Below are positions 40,601 to 49,684 of a DNA stretch of 53,760 nucleotides, one piece after another. Origin of the DNA: Mariniblastus sp. (GTDB taxonomy: Bacteria; Planctomycetota; Planctomycetia; Pirellulales; Pirellulaceae); contig JBDNHU010000229.1 of assembly GCA_041688615.1 (NCBI GenBank), positions 1-53,760 of the forward strand, written 5' to 3'. The notes beneath the pieces were generated by a model. That model ran no database searches and was not told the DNA's origin. It saw only the letters and a program-made list of their open reading frames with translations. The translations under genes were made by a program, and so were the position numbers. Every line of letters begins with the position of its first letter. Positions within the stretch are counted from its first letter, which is position 1.

Positions 40601-41015
40601 TGTGGGTACCGTCGGTTCCACGGCCAGTGGTGCACCGGGCGTTTTGAAAGCGCGTGATGTCAACCCTCAAGAGAATAGCGGCATCTTCAATACCATTGAC
40701 CGAATGTTGGCCGCACTGAAAGATGAATCTGAAGCGGGGACAACGGAATTTCGTAGGGCGGCCAGTTTGCTGGAAGTTGATATCGAGCGAATTTCCAACG
40801 CGATCGCCGATGTTGGGTCCCGTGGTCAGTACAACGACTTCTTGATCGACCAAAATGAAGATCTGAAGCTGGACCTGCAAGAGACACTGTCCAACGAACT
40901 GGATCTGGACTTAGTTCAGGCAATTTCTGATCTGACAGCGCAACAGGCGGCCGTCGAGGCGTCACTGCGGATGCTGTCCCAAACCTTCAATGTTAGTCTG
41001 ATGGATTATCTGTAA
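37629..41015 (+). CDS. flgL: Flagellar hook-associated protein 3 FlgL, giant form (~1128 aa) with a repetitive central region (ORF open from TTG 37611)
   Basis: Flagellin-type N-terminus 'RLSQLQQQIATGKRIGAPSEDPSSALRAIRYQASLE'. C-terminus 'ELDLDLVQAISDLTAQQAAVEASLRMLSQTFNVSLMDYL'. Positioned after flgK. About 800 aa of internal repeated modules (see finding). Confidence 0.85.
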   Translation: MSSFFPVYNRSSDALNQKRLSSTLQANQARLSQLQQQIATGKRIGAPSEDPSSALRAIRYQASLESARQYSRNLESNRSYLNSTDSQVRSVNNIISEIRAGSVAWAGSPLGEGEREAAISQLNGFRDQMVGIGNTKYNGRYLFSGSNPSQLPFTVDESRIQYNGNDGQLQGVTSINQVLQNNISAQQVFGGISTDLKGTAELRPTLSESTRLSVLRGGAGVNRGSLEISDGYTTSIVDLSRAETLGDVVRSIEANAPGTREISVEITGERLQIRFTDAVDGQLIVKESSGGTIAADLGLRTGIGTSVQNGVIGQSLSPRLTLTTPLQQTVGSPSVAYLSSPGASNDIVFRSIGNGSQFDGLNVQYVDSSKLQAGPGVSQGSEQVFFEANPRAARAGISFSGFGNDVSVTANNTGSYLNDVQFEIYDAGSIGNTAVAAYDAASKTYSIGVDSANSTTAQSVIDAINAEGTFTAAGDSTDTANGTFNPAATINVADSSQVLADTGNSGGDANTVFVHVNPEKSTAKHVLVALNKNAALTAVYAVEVDSTDGPINSKPGDTPVNAAAKTISSGGSGEDFDFDSGFRINVDGQNHVVSLNDVNTVEDLINAVNAVSTGVYAQINAAGTGINIGVNRSGVTFSIGENGGDSATQLGVRSLTEGTLLSALNYGQGVDSQPGVDFTIHRNDGTSIDIDISRAKTVSDVIDLINEHPDNQDVTTRVLARLAATGNGIGLVDDNPTGSQPISVERAAGSHAANDLGFIPVGENVGYPANAPTHANLDLYYSNIAGTNRSFSLAANEPGSQYNGVELEIVSGAVGDSAVATYDSLNGKIIVQVDTSNTKTSTLIAAINDTGLFRAQLIPNDSDTYNTGSGIVSQTGILGTLAGGDSASAAVPAKALLRPAAPNNLDTAIDLVANQAGTRFNKVAVVFQSGLSGDSASAVYDPTAKRLTVTIDPSSTTSNTIISAITAEGTFGASLNTKVDSTNDGTGVYASVGTVGSTASGAPGVLKARDVNPQENSGIFNTIDRMLAALKDESEAGTTEFRRAASLLEVDIERISNAIADVGSRGQYNDFLIDQNEDLKLDLQETLSNELDLDLVQAISDLTAQQAAVEASLRMLSQTFNVSLMDYL

Positions 41016-41386
41016 AGGGCGGCTAGCCCTTTGGTTGGCCTTGATTTTCCTGTTCCGCAGCACATTTTAGGCGAGGATGAAGATGAATCGGCCGTCTTCG
41101 GGCCTGAAAGCCAGCCATCAAAAATGTAACGGTCTACTATTTTGATTTGTGAAATACTTGACAAACCGGCTACATTTGGGGTTAATAGAGATTCTGGCGT
41201 GGCGCGTCATCGTCGTCATTCTGGATCGTTCCACGTTTTTCGCGGTCAGAAACATACTGTATGGCTAACTGCGGCAGAAAAACAGTGATCTTGACGGCGA
41301 CTCCATTTGTGGCGAGTCTGCTTTTTGGACCGCAGCGCTTGGTTCTACGGATCTATTTTACCGAGTAGGCCGTTTTTAGAGCCGCT

Positions 41387-42070
41387 TTGAACTTATTTCA
41401 ATGCTTTTTTTACATGATCAACTCCCTGAAAAATCGTTGGAAAACGCGATTCAATGGCCGACTGGCTGATTCGATAGGGGTTCGCACCTGGCAGCGGGTT
41501 GGTCGTTTGAATCACCGTCAGATCGTTAGCATTCTGCTGTTTGCACTGATGCTACCGGTGGCGACTTTGGGTTGGTCGTTGCACTTTGTCTTGCCCGGCC
41601 ACAATCATGCCAGTTGTACTCATCTGCATTTGGGCGAATCGGTGCATTTGGGCGAATCGGCTGCGGCTGGGAATGCACGTTCTGACCATGATTGGCGTGG
41701 TGATCATTCTCATGCCCACGTCCAGCAGACTCCGGTGGTTGATAGCAACCAGGTTGCGTCGAATCGAGCTGACACGTGTGACGTTGATTGCCAATCTAGC
41801 CAATCTAGCCAGTCTCGCCAAGCTTTGGCGACAGGCGCTGTTTGCCGGCAGGAATTTAGTTCAAGGAATGCATTACTTGCTGCTGGTTCCATCGAAGCGG
41901 GCGGAGACTGTGCGATCTGTGAATTGTTGACCCAGGTCAACGGTGTGCCATTGGTAGATTCTACGTTTTTCCAAAGCTTGAGTGTCCAACGTTTTGTAAG
42001 GACTCAGCAGCTTTTATCTCTTGAAACAGTGGTCACATGCCACTTTCTACGCGGCCCGCCGATTGCTTAA
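41387..42070 (+). CDS. Hypothetical His/Cys-rich single-pass membrane protein (possibly DUF2946-like)
   Basis: 227-aa ORF (TTG start; ATG at 41414 possible). TM helix 'IVSILLFALMLPVATLGWSLHFVL', then 'PGHNHASCTHLHLGESVHLGES...DHDWRGDHSHAHV', 'CDVDC', 'CAICE' and the C-terminal 'FLRGPP'. Contains 18-bp x2 (41627-41662) and 9-bp x3 (41791-41817) tandem duplications. Confidence 0.5.
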   Translation: MNLFQCFFYMINSLKNRWKTRFNGRLADSIGVRTWQRVGRLNHRQIVSILLFALMLPVATLGWSLHFVLPGHNHASCTHLHLGESVHLGESAAAGNARSDHDWRGDHSHAHVQQTPVVDSNQVASNRADTCDVDCQSSQSSQSRQALATGAVCRQEFSSRNALLAAGSIEAGGDCAICELLTQVNGVPLVDSTFFQSLSVQRFVRTQQLLSLETVVTCHFLRGPPIA

Positions 42071-42417
42071 CGGCAGCCCCTGAAATGCGATTCAAGTTGC
42101 TTAAGCATAATTTGCTTAAGCTTTCGGTGTCGATTCGCTTCGAATTCTTTGATAATCAGGCGAATCTTTACCGGCAACTGTGTCGCAGCTTTTTTCTGTT
42201 TGAAATTTCAACGGATCAAACATCAGTCATTGATGTGATCTTTGGGCATCCGGATACCCGAATGCTGCTTGGATTTTCAAAATTCTTACTTCTCTGCTGC
42301 TTGATTTTACATCGCTGGGTGCCCGCCACTTGGTTGCGCGGTGATGTGCATCTGCGGCAATTCTGACTTTATTCCAGAGCAGTCCTAAAAAGAGTCTTGA
42401 AACAACGGAACAAAATA

Positions 42418-43410
42418 ATGATTAACAGCCTTCATTCAAATAGAAGCAGAACAGTCGGGCGAATTCAAGTGTCCAGTCATCTTCAGAAACGTGCAGCGTT
42501 CACGCTTGTAGAATTATTGGTCGTGATCGCCATTATTGGAATTTTGATGGGACTGTTATTGCCGGCAGTTCAAGCGGCACGTGAGGCAGCACGTCGAACC
42601 CAGTGTCAAAACAATTTGCGACAGATTGGATTGGCGTTGCACAATTACGAAAGTGCCAAGGGCAACTTTCCTCCTGGCTGGAGTGTCAGGGCAGGTGTCA
42701 ACACGGAAATCCAAGAAGAGCAGCCAGGCTACGGTTGGGCTTTTGAATTGTTGCCCTACGTTGAAATGAATAATCTTTACGAGCAATTTGATCGCAGTTT
42801 CCCAGTCGATGCTGCGGGGCACGTGCCACTATTGGACACCTTCATCCCTGGATTCGCTTGTCCATCGGACGCGGGCCCGAATCATGTCATACTTGGTGGC
42901 GGACATGACCACGACCACGACCACGATTTGGCATCTGATGATGATCACGATCATGATTATGATGGGAACGTCGATGAATCGGGCGAGCCTTTATTTAGTG
43001 TAGGTCGCGCCAATTTTGTTGGCGTTTTTGGCACATTGGAGGTAGAGGAAGACGTCATTCAAAGTGATGGAATGTTCTTTCGAAACAGCAAGATTCGCGT
43101 CGCTCAGGTGACCGACGGCACCAGCAACACGCTATTCGTTGGTGAACGAACCAGCGAACATGGCGTTTCGCTTTGGTCGGGTGTGGTGCACGAAGCCCAG
43201 GCTCCCTTTGCCAGAATTTTGGGAACTTGTGATCACCTTCCCAACACTCAGGATCACCACTTCGACGATTTCAGTAGCAACCATCCCCAAGGCGCCAACT
43301 TTGTGCTGGTTGATGGTTCGACACGAATGTTCAACGATGATATGGATGTGAACGTTTACCGAGCGATGGCCACTCGTGGCGGAAAAGAAGTGGTTACTTC
43401 TGACTTCTAA
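42418..43410 (+). CDS. DUF1559 'H-X9-DG' protein with type IV pilin-like N-terminal methylation motif and an (HD)n insert (ORF open from TTG 42397)
   Basis: 'AFTLVELLVVIAIIGILMGLLLPAVQAAREAARRTQCQNNLRQIGLALHNYE' is the classic DUF1559 N-terminus. C-terminal 'SNHPQGANFVLVDGSTR' is the H-X9-DG motif. Insert is 'GGGHDHDHDHDLASDDDHDHDYDGNVDE'. Confidence 0.9.
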   Translation: MINSLHSNRSRTVGRIQVSSHLQKRAAFTLVELLVVIAIIGILMGLLLPAVQAAREAARRTQCQNNLRQIGLALHNYESAKGNFPPGWSVRAGVNTEIQEEQPGYGWAFELLPYVEMNNLYEQFDRSFPVDAAGHVPLLDTFIPGFACPSDAGPNHVILGGGHDHDHDHDLASDDDHDHDYDGNVDESGEPLFSVGRANFVGVFGTLEVEEDVIQSDGMFFRNSKIRVAQVTDGTSNTLFVGERTSEHGVSLWSGVVHEAQAPFARILGTCDHLPNTQDHHFDDFSSNHPQGANFVLVDGSTRMFNDDMDVNVYRAMATRGGKEVVTSDF

Positions 43411-43441
43411 TTGGCGGGTTTCCTAAGTGTGAACCAAGAGC

Positions 43442-43475
43442 AAAGCACCAAGCGCTCCGACGCTTGGTGCTTTTT
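43442..43475 (+). terminator. Rho-independent terminator after the DUF1559 gene
   Basis: aaagcaccaagcg-ctccga-cgcttggtgcttt forms a perfect 13-bp stem with a 6-nt loop, running into TTTTT. It starts 32 nt after the stop. Confidence 0.85.
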
Positions 43476-43920
43476 GCATGTTGCAGTGGTTTGAATTTCG
43501 CATTCAATTTCGTGTTAACAATCGGCTTCACAAAGAATCCAACGCTACAAGCAATGTAGTGGTGTTTTGCGGTTCCCAATGCTTATCAAGTCGCCGTGTT
43601 GATAGCAGTTGCGGGGATTGTTTAGCTAAAGTCAATCAGCCAAGTTCTACGTGGTTAGAACGGCAACATCGAAGGGGTTCACTCAATGATAAAACCCGTA
43701 GTATCGCTCTTGATTCAGAACGGCAGATTTCAAGAGATTAGTGATGCCGCCAGACGGTAATTCTTCACCTAGGCCTGAGAATTTTGCGACCATATTGTTG
43801 ACTTCGCGCATCGTTGGCCATCTTAAGGTTTGGCTGCAAAAGTTTAGAAGGCGATTGAAAAAGTGACTCAACAAATGTCACTATTTGGTCTATACTTGAA
43901 GCTTCCATTAACCTAGATGA

Positions 43921-46287
43921 GTGCCAAGAATGATGATCGCCTTTGGAAGATACTTTACGACTTTGACTTTCGCTGTTCCCGTGATGCTAATGCTTGCGGT
44001 TTCGCCTAGCCTAGCGCAGGATCGCTCGGAATCGATCGTCAGGGTCGGCATGGGAAGTTATGCAAAGGTTCCCCCGGCTGGCGTGAATCGGCCCCCGGGC
44101 AAAATTTTCCGCACCGACAATTGTGTTGGCCCCATGCCAACCAATGATTGGTGGAGTTCACTGGCATGGGAACCGCTTTCTAGTGCGATGTTCCCGCATC
44201 CGATGGGCGTGCAAGCGATTTCATCTGGCCTGAAGGTAAACTACCCGGGTGCAAACATGGCTGCCAATGAAGCGGCAATCATGGGTGGTGGCGGCAGTGA
44301 CCTTGTGATCGGTCACTCGGCGGTGCCAGAGTTTTCTCAAGCGTTGGTGGATAGTTTCAGCGATTGGTTTGTTACGGCCAGTTTTAGACATGAAACCCAG
44401 ACTGCCGATCAACAGTTATTGACAACTTTCGGGCACGGTTCCCCCTTTGTTTTCGTTCGAATCAAAGGTGGCCAACCAACGCTGACTTTTAACGAACTGC
44501 CAAGGGTTTGGAAGGGTGATCGGCAGTCTGCGGTGCTAGGGATTTCCGTTGCTAATCGTCACTACGGAATTTTCGCACCGGAGGGATCCACTTGGTCGTC
44601 CTTGACGCAATCAAAATGGACGGCCGAGATTGGAAGCAAAGAATATTTCACCATTGCCTTACTGCCCGATTCCAACGAGGCAACATTAAAGCGTTTCCAG
44701 AAGTATGCCTTCTCGCCGGTTACCGATTCAAAAGTCCAATGGGAATTTGACGAAACTAGCGCCCGAGTCACCACGACTTATCAGGTGCAAACGCAACCTT
44801 ATGAAGCAAATCGTTTGGTTGAAACCGAGGGTACTATTCTTGCACTTTACCCGCACCAGTGGCTGAATACCGAATCGAAGTTCGCCGGGGCGTCTTATCG
44901 TTCGGTTCGCGGCGAAATGAAGGTAATCGAAGGCGAAAAATTTGAAACGGGGATGATCTACCCAGGTTTATTGCCATCAATGCCAGTCGTAAATGATCCT
45001 AAAGTTCGTCAATTGCTAAAGCAATTTCTAGCCGAAGACGTGAAGCAAGAAGCCAAAACCGTTGGTGACACTTATTGGTTTGGGAAGCAGCTAGGAAGTT
45101 GGGCGACTTCGATTCCCTTGGCACAGCAAGTGGGTGAAAATGACATTGCAAAACGGTTGACCGGAAATGTGAAGGCCGGACTGCAAAATTTCTTCACCGC
45201 AATGAAGTCGGATGGCAGCATCAAGAGTTCCGGCGAAGGCTTGTTTTATTTGGATCCCAACTGGGGAACGGTTATCGGGTACCCTGCCAGTTATGGTTCT
45301 GACAATGATATCAACGACCACCATTTTCACTACGGCTACTTTATTCGTGCCGCAGGTGAAATCGCGCGATGTGATACTAAATGGGGAACCGAAACGCAGT
45401 GGGGTGGCATGGTCAAATTACTGATCGAAGATGTGGCCTGTGCCCGTCGAGATGATGCTCGTTTTCCGTTCCTAAGAAATTTTGATCCCTATGCAGGACA
45501 TACTTGGGCTAGCGGGCACGCAAAGTTTGGTGACGGGAATAACAATGAATCATCCAGCGAGGCGATCAATGCGTGGTATGGGGTGATCTTGTTTGCCGAG
45601 GCGACAGGGGACAAGGAGCTTCGCGATTTGGGTGTCTATCTATTGACCACGGAAATCGAAGCGATTAATCACTATTGGTTCGACGTTATTGATCAATTTC
45701 ATCACGAAAAGTACTCGCCTTCGGTCGTGACGATGGTGTGGGGCGGCAAGGGGGCCAATGGCACTTGGTTTAGCGGTAATCCCGAGACCGTGCATGGAAT
45801 CAATTGGTTGCCCGTGACAGGTGCATCACTTTACTTGGGGCGTTACCCCGAATACTGTGAAAAGAACTATCAGGCGTTGGCCCAAGAAAATTTGGTCGAT
45901 GATAAAAAGAAGGCGGACAAAGCAGGCACTGAAAGTAAGAACTTGGACGGGACCGCTTGGGATGATTGGGCAGATTTAGTTTGGATGTATCGCGGTTTGT
46001 CGGATCCAGACGATGCGATGAGGCAGTTCAAGAAAGGTTCGGGCGGCACTTCACCGTCTTCAGGAAACACGTACGCCAATACGCTTGCTTGGCTGGCAAC
46101 ACTGCAAGCGTACGGTCAAGTGGATCGGACCGTTTGGGCCGATACGACGTTTTATGCCGTGCTTCAAAAGCAAGGTAAGCGAACGTACATGGCATGGAAC
46201 CTTGGATCGACCACCAAGAAGGTGACTTTCTCCGACGGTACCGTGCTTGAGTGCCGGCCAAATGAATCCACGGTCCTAAGTAAATAG
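43921..46287 (+). CDS. Glycoside hydrolase family 81 endo-beta-1,3-glucanase (secreted)
   Basis: 788 aa. Signal peptide ending 'SPSLAQD'. GH81 signatures 'DINDHHFHYGYFIRAAGEIA' and 'GNNNESSSEAINAWYGV' (E-S-x-S-E catalytic region). Confidence 0.8.
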   Translation: MPRMMIAFGRYFTTLTFAVPVMLMLAVSPSLAQDRSESIVRVGMGSYAKVPPAGVNRPPGKIFRTDNCVGPMPTNDWWSSLAWEPLSSAMFPHPMGVQAISSGLKVNYPGANMAANEAAIMGGGGSDLVIGHSAVPEFSQALVDSFSDWFVTASFRHETQTADQQLLTTFGHGSPFVFVRIKGGQPTLTFNELPRVWKGDRQSAVLGISVANRHYGIFAPEGSTWSSLTQSKWTAEIGSKEYFTIALLPDSNEATLKRFQKYAFSPVTDSKVQWEFDETSARVTTTYQVQTQPYEANRLVETEGTILALYPHQWLNTESKFAGASYRSVRGEMKVIEGEKFETGMIYPGLLPSMPVVNDPKVRQLLKQFLAEDVKQEAKTVGDTYWFGKQLGSWATSIPLAQQVGENDIAKRLTGNVKAGLQNFFTAMKSDGSIKSSGEGLFYLDPNWGTVIGYPASYGSDNDINDHHFHYGYFIRAAGEIARCDTKWGTETQWGGMVKLLIEDVACARRDDARFPFLRNFDPYAGHTWASGHAKFGDGNNNESSSEAINAWYGVILFAEATGDKELRDLGVYLLTTEIEAINHYWFDVIDQFHHEKYSPSVVTMVWGGKGANGTWFSGNPETVHGINWLPVTGASLYLGRYPEYCEKNYQALAQENLVDDKKKADKAGTESKNLDGTAWDDWADLVWMYRGLSDPDDAMRQFKKGSGGTSPSSGNTYANTLAWLATLQAYGQVDRTVWADTTFYAVLQKQGKRTYMAWNLGSTTKKVTFSDGTVLECRPNESTVLSK

Positions 46288-46435
46288 AAGTTGTAAATTT
46301 CCAACACAGACAATGACCAATGCGGGTGAATCGGGGTCAATGTGAGTGAAGGGTGGCTTTCAAACGGTCGTGAACACCGTCCAAGCCAGCAGTGCAATTA
46401 CCCCGCGTAACTGCTTGCTTGCGACGTGTTTTAGA

Positions 46436-49400
46436 TTACTTTCTTAGAAACGCGGGAGCGTCAGGTACCATCAGGTATCCAAAGAGATCAATTTTTTGTT
46501 TCTCGGTCAGTGAATCTAAGAGTCCTTCTGGCATCAGCGATTGATCCGATTGGCGGATTTCTTCAACATCATCAAGCCGAACCAATTGCACGTCAGTTTG
46601 CGTGGTTAGTTTGAAGGAAGCTACATTTTTTTCGGTGATGACACCGCTTAGCGTTCGTCCGTCCGTCAACAGAATGATTGACATCCGAAAGCCTTCCCCA
46701 ACCTCTGCCGAAGGTGCCAGAATATTTTGCAACCAATACGCTTTGTTGTTACGTTGCGAACCCGTAAGATCGGGGCCAAGACGTTCGCCTTGCCCAAACA
46801 AACGGTGACATTTGGCGCAGTTTGCTGTAAACAAACCGTGTCCAGCAACTAAGTCAGCATTGGCCAAATTTTCGTCGGATAATTGAGTTTGCAACGCAGC
46901 ATTTTGTTTTAATCGATCGCCTTGAATCAAGGCATTTTCAGGCCACATGTCTACGATGGTTTGGTTCAATGTCGCCTGGCCTAGCAACTGCATCTGCCGC
47001 AAAAGGTAAGGGGTCACTGATTCTTTGGAAATCGAATTGGCTTCGACCGCATCCAACAAGAGTGTTGCGGTGGAGGCACGTTGACACAATGTTGTGATGA
47101 GAGCATTTTGCGCGTTCGGGTGACTGTTAGAAAATTGGTTTAGCATCTGTGTTTGCAGTGAAAGATCGTTTACTAAACCTATGGATGCAGCGGCCGTCTC
47201 GCCCAGAAATCGGTCGGATAATAGGTTCAATAGCAGTTCTTTGGCAGCCGCCTGCTCTTGTTCGGAAACGGTTGATTTTTCCTGCGAAGCGAGTGATAGA
47301 TTCAGCGATCTTGCAAGTGCTTGAATCGTGGGGCGACGGACATCGAGCGGCTGTTGCCCATTGCCAGCAATTTTCACTAAATCGTTAAGGCTTCGGCTGT
47401 TGCCAAAGGCCAGCGTCGCCTCTGAGAATGCCGTCGACATTGCAGGCGAATCTTCGATCTTTAGCGTTGTGCTGAGCGCCTGCCAGCCGGTCGGTGGAGT
47501 CAATTGGTTCCAGCCTCGCAGCCCATCCGCAATGCCTTTGATGACCGCAATTTGCTGGGACAGTGCGACTTGGTTGTTGGCAAGATAGCCAGTTAATTCA
47601 TCCAACGCGCCGGCTTGAAAGGTGTGCTCAATCGCCAATCGTCTGGCAATAAACTGATCCACGCGGGGTAGTTTACTTTGGGCTAAGAGTTCGGAAATGC
47701 GATCACGATTTCCCGCGATTGCGGGTTCGATGCCGTACCAGACCATAAGCGGGAAGACTCGGTCTGCGGCAAATTCGCTATGCTGCAACAACGTCTTGGC
47801 CATCGCCCAACGTTCTTCGTTGGACATCAATCGCATGGCGGCAGCGAAGTAGGTAAGCACCAAACCATGCTCTTCATTGGCTGCGTGTTCCACAAGCGTT
47901 TGCGAAATCGTCTTTGGGATTTGAGCCAAATTTAACCCATCCGCCGGTAGGCTGGAGGGATCGTTGACACCATCGGACAGAAGTCGCGTGGCCCAGATTC
48001 GCACATGAGGATCCGAATGAGCCAGCAAGGAAGTCAGTTCCGCGGTATCCAATTGATCCATTGCCCAGAGGTAATTGATTGCCTGGGTCCGTTTCCACGA
48101 AACGTCAGCGGTGTGGATCGTTCGACGTAAGAGTTCGACTGCTGCCTGCTTCGTGGACGCTGCGTTGGAATTGCCAGCGATGTTTGCTTGGTGATTTACC
48201 TCTTGAATTCGCAAACGAGCCATTCGGCGAACCCAAGAGTTTGGAGCGGAAACCAGACCGGCCAAAGCCAGTAGATTATTGCCAGCCAAAATTTCCATGG
48301 TCGCAGGATTCGCTTTTGCAGCAGGTGTTCCTGGCCTGGCGTAGTCGACGCGGTAAATACGTCCCGAGGTTCGATGAACTCCATCATTTTCATGGCATTC
48401 GCCGATGTCCGACCAATCCAAAAAGTAGACCGCCCCGTCGGGACCGGTGATCAGGTCGATACCGCGAAACCATTGGTCATTGGTTTCCAACATGTCGGGA
48501 CGATGGACTGCGGTAAAGGTCGCCCCCTCTGGTTGAATGTGTTCGCGATTAAATCGCCGTCCGTGAAAATTTAGTGTGAACACATCCCCTTGGTACTCCT
48601 TGGGCCAACGATCCCCCAAGTAGAACATCAGGCCGCTATGGGCGTGACCGCCACCTGCGGCATCGGTTCCGCTGGTCATACCCATGCGTTGTTGCTGCCA
48701 ACTTTCGGTGTTTTGGTCCCAGTGAACATGGTCAGCCGTTTGCTGGATAAGTTCGAACAGATTAGGAGCCAAGACCTCACCATACATTCGTTCAAAGTGC
48801 GAACCTGGGATCCCATGCCAAAAATGTCCGATCACGGTATTGATGAAAAACAGTTGTCCGTTTTCGTCCCAATCATGCCCCCAGGAATTGGTAGTGCCTT
48901 GGCAGACGATTTCGAATTTCTTTAGCGTTGGGTGGTAACGCCAGATGCAGCAGTTCAAGGGGATCCGTTTTTCCTTGGCGGTGCCAAGCATGCCAACGTA
49001 GCTATTGGCTTGAATGCCGTGCCTCCCGTACAACCAGCCATCGGGTCCCCAGCGAAGGCCATTGACTAGGTTGTGACCAACCTCCTGATCATTGAATCCA
49101 TCTAAGATCACTTGTGGCGGACCATCAGGCACCGCATCGTTGTCGGCGTCAGGAATGAAGATCAATTCAGGGGCGCAAAGCAACCAGACGCCTCCCATAC
49201 CCACTTCCACACTGGACAGCAGTTTTGCCTTGTCCCAAAACACTTTGGTCTGGTCCGCGGTGCCATCGCCGTCTTCGTCGGTAAGGACAAGGACGCGGTC
49301 GAACAATTTTCGTTCGAAGCCCAAGGGACGTTCGGCATACGTGTAATTTTCAGCCAGCCACAGCCTTCCCGAAGTATCGAAGGTGGCCGCGATCGGTTGT

Positions 49401-49684
49401 GAAATCGACGGAGCCGATGCGAAAAGATTCAGCTGGAAATTTTCTGGCAATTCCCAGCTTGCTAACGCTTGGGCGTCAGTTAATGGCGAAATGGTTTCGA
49501 CTTGAGTGTTTTGTCCCTTGTCAAACGGCTGCTTGTCTGTTTGGGATTGGGTTTGCGTTGCGGTTTCCTGCACGGCGAACGCCAGCGAAAGCGATTCAAA
49601 TTGCAAGGTTCCCGCGATCGCTAGGATCCATAGCAAGGAAGAGGATGCCGGTGGAAACCAAGTTTTAGACACAGATGAACACAT
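46436..49684 (-). CDS. PVC-type membrane-bound-dehydrogenase-domain / HEAT-repeat / CxxCH heme-binding protein
   Basis: 1082 aa. Signal peptide. N-terminal beta-propeller-like region ('GRLWLAENYTY', 'DGTADQ', 'GWLYGRHG', 'WGHDWDENGQLFFINTV'). C-terminal 'CAKCHRLFGQGERLGPDLTG...SLMPEGLLDSLTEKQKIDLFGYL' is typical of the Pirellula/Verrucomicrobium CxxCH domain. Confidence 0.8.
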   Translation of the reverse strand: MCSSVSKTWFPPASSSLLWILAIAGTLQFESLSLAFAVQETATQTQSQTDKQPFDKGQNTQVETISPLTDAQALASWELPENFQLNLFASAPSISQPIAATFDTSGRLWLAENYTYAERPLGFERKLFDRVLVLTDEDGDGTADQTKVFWDKAKLLSSVEVGMGGVWLLCAPELIFIPDADNDAVPDGPPQVILDGFNDQEVGHNLVNGLRWGPDGWLYGRHGIQANSYVGMLGTAKEKRIPLNCCIWRYHPTLKKFEIVCQGTTNSWGHDWDENGQLFFINTVIGHFWHGIPGSHFERMYGEVLAPNLFELIQQTADHVHWDQNTESWQQQRMGMTSGTDAAGGGHAHSGLMFYLGDRWPKEYQGDVFTLNFHGRRFNREHIQPEGATFTAVHRPDMLETNDQWFRGIDLITGPDGAVYFLDWSDIGECHENDGVHRTSGRIYRVDYARPGTPAAKANPATMEILAGNNLLALAGLVSAPNSWVRRMARLRIQEVNHQANIAGNSNAASTKQAAVELLRRTIHTADVSWKRTQAINYLWAMDQLDTAELTSLLAHSDPHVRIWATRLLSDGVNDPSSLPADGLNLAQIPKTISQTLVEHAANEEHGLVLTYFAAAMRLMSNEERWAMAKTLLQHSEFAADRVFPLMVWYGIEPAIAGNRDRISELLAQSKLPRVDQFIARRLAIEHTFQAGALDELTGYLANNQVALSQQIAVIKGIADGLRGWNQLTPPTGWQALSTTLKIEDSPAMSTAFSEATLAFGNSRSLNDLVKIAGNGQQPLDVRRPTIQALARSLNLSLASQEKSTVSEQEQAAAKELLLNLLSDRFLGETAAASIGLVNDLSLQTQMLNQFSNSHPNAQNALITTLCQRASTATLLLDAVEANSISKESVTPYLLRQMQLLGQATLNQTIVDMWPENALIQGDRLKQNAALQTQLSDENLANADLVAGHGLFTANCAKCHRLFGQGERLGPDLTGSQRNNKAYWLQNILAPSAEVGEGFRMSIILLTDGRTLSGVITEKNVASFKLTTQTDVQLVRLDDVEEIRQSDQSLMPEGLLDSLTEKQKIDLFGYLMVPDAPAFLRK

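Noticed and set aside
41158-41187. Sigma70-like promoter (perfect TTGACA, 18-nt spacer, TTAATA) upstream of the His-rich protein gene
   Set aside because: The -10 match is poor (2-3 of 6 positions), and planctomycete promoter consensus is not something I can assume. It is too weak to report as a feature.
42037-42366. 109-aa ORF between the His-rich gene and the DUF1559 gene
   Set aside because: It overlaps the end of the upstream ORF out of frame. Its sequence is Leu/Phe/Cys-rich without motifs or an SD, so it is likely spurious. The 326-bp gap is therefore treated as non-coding.
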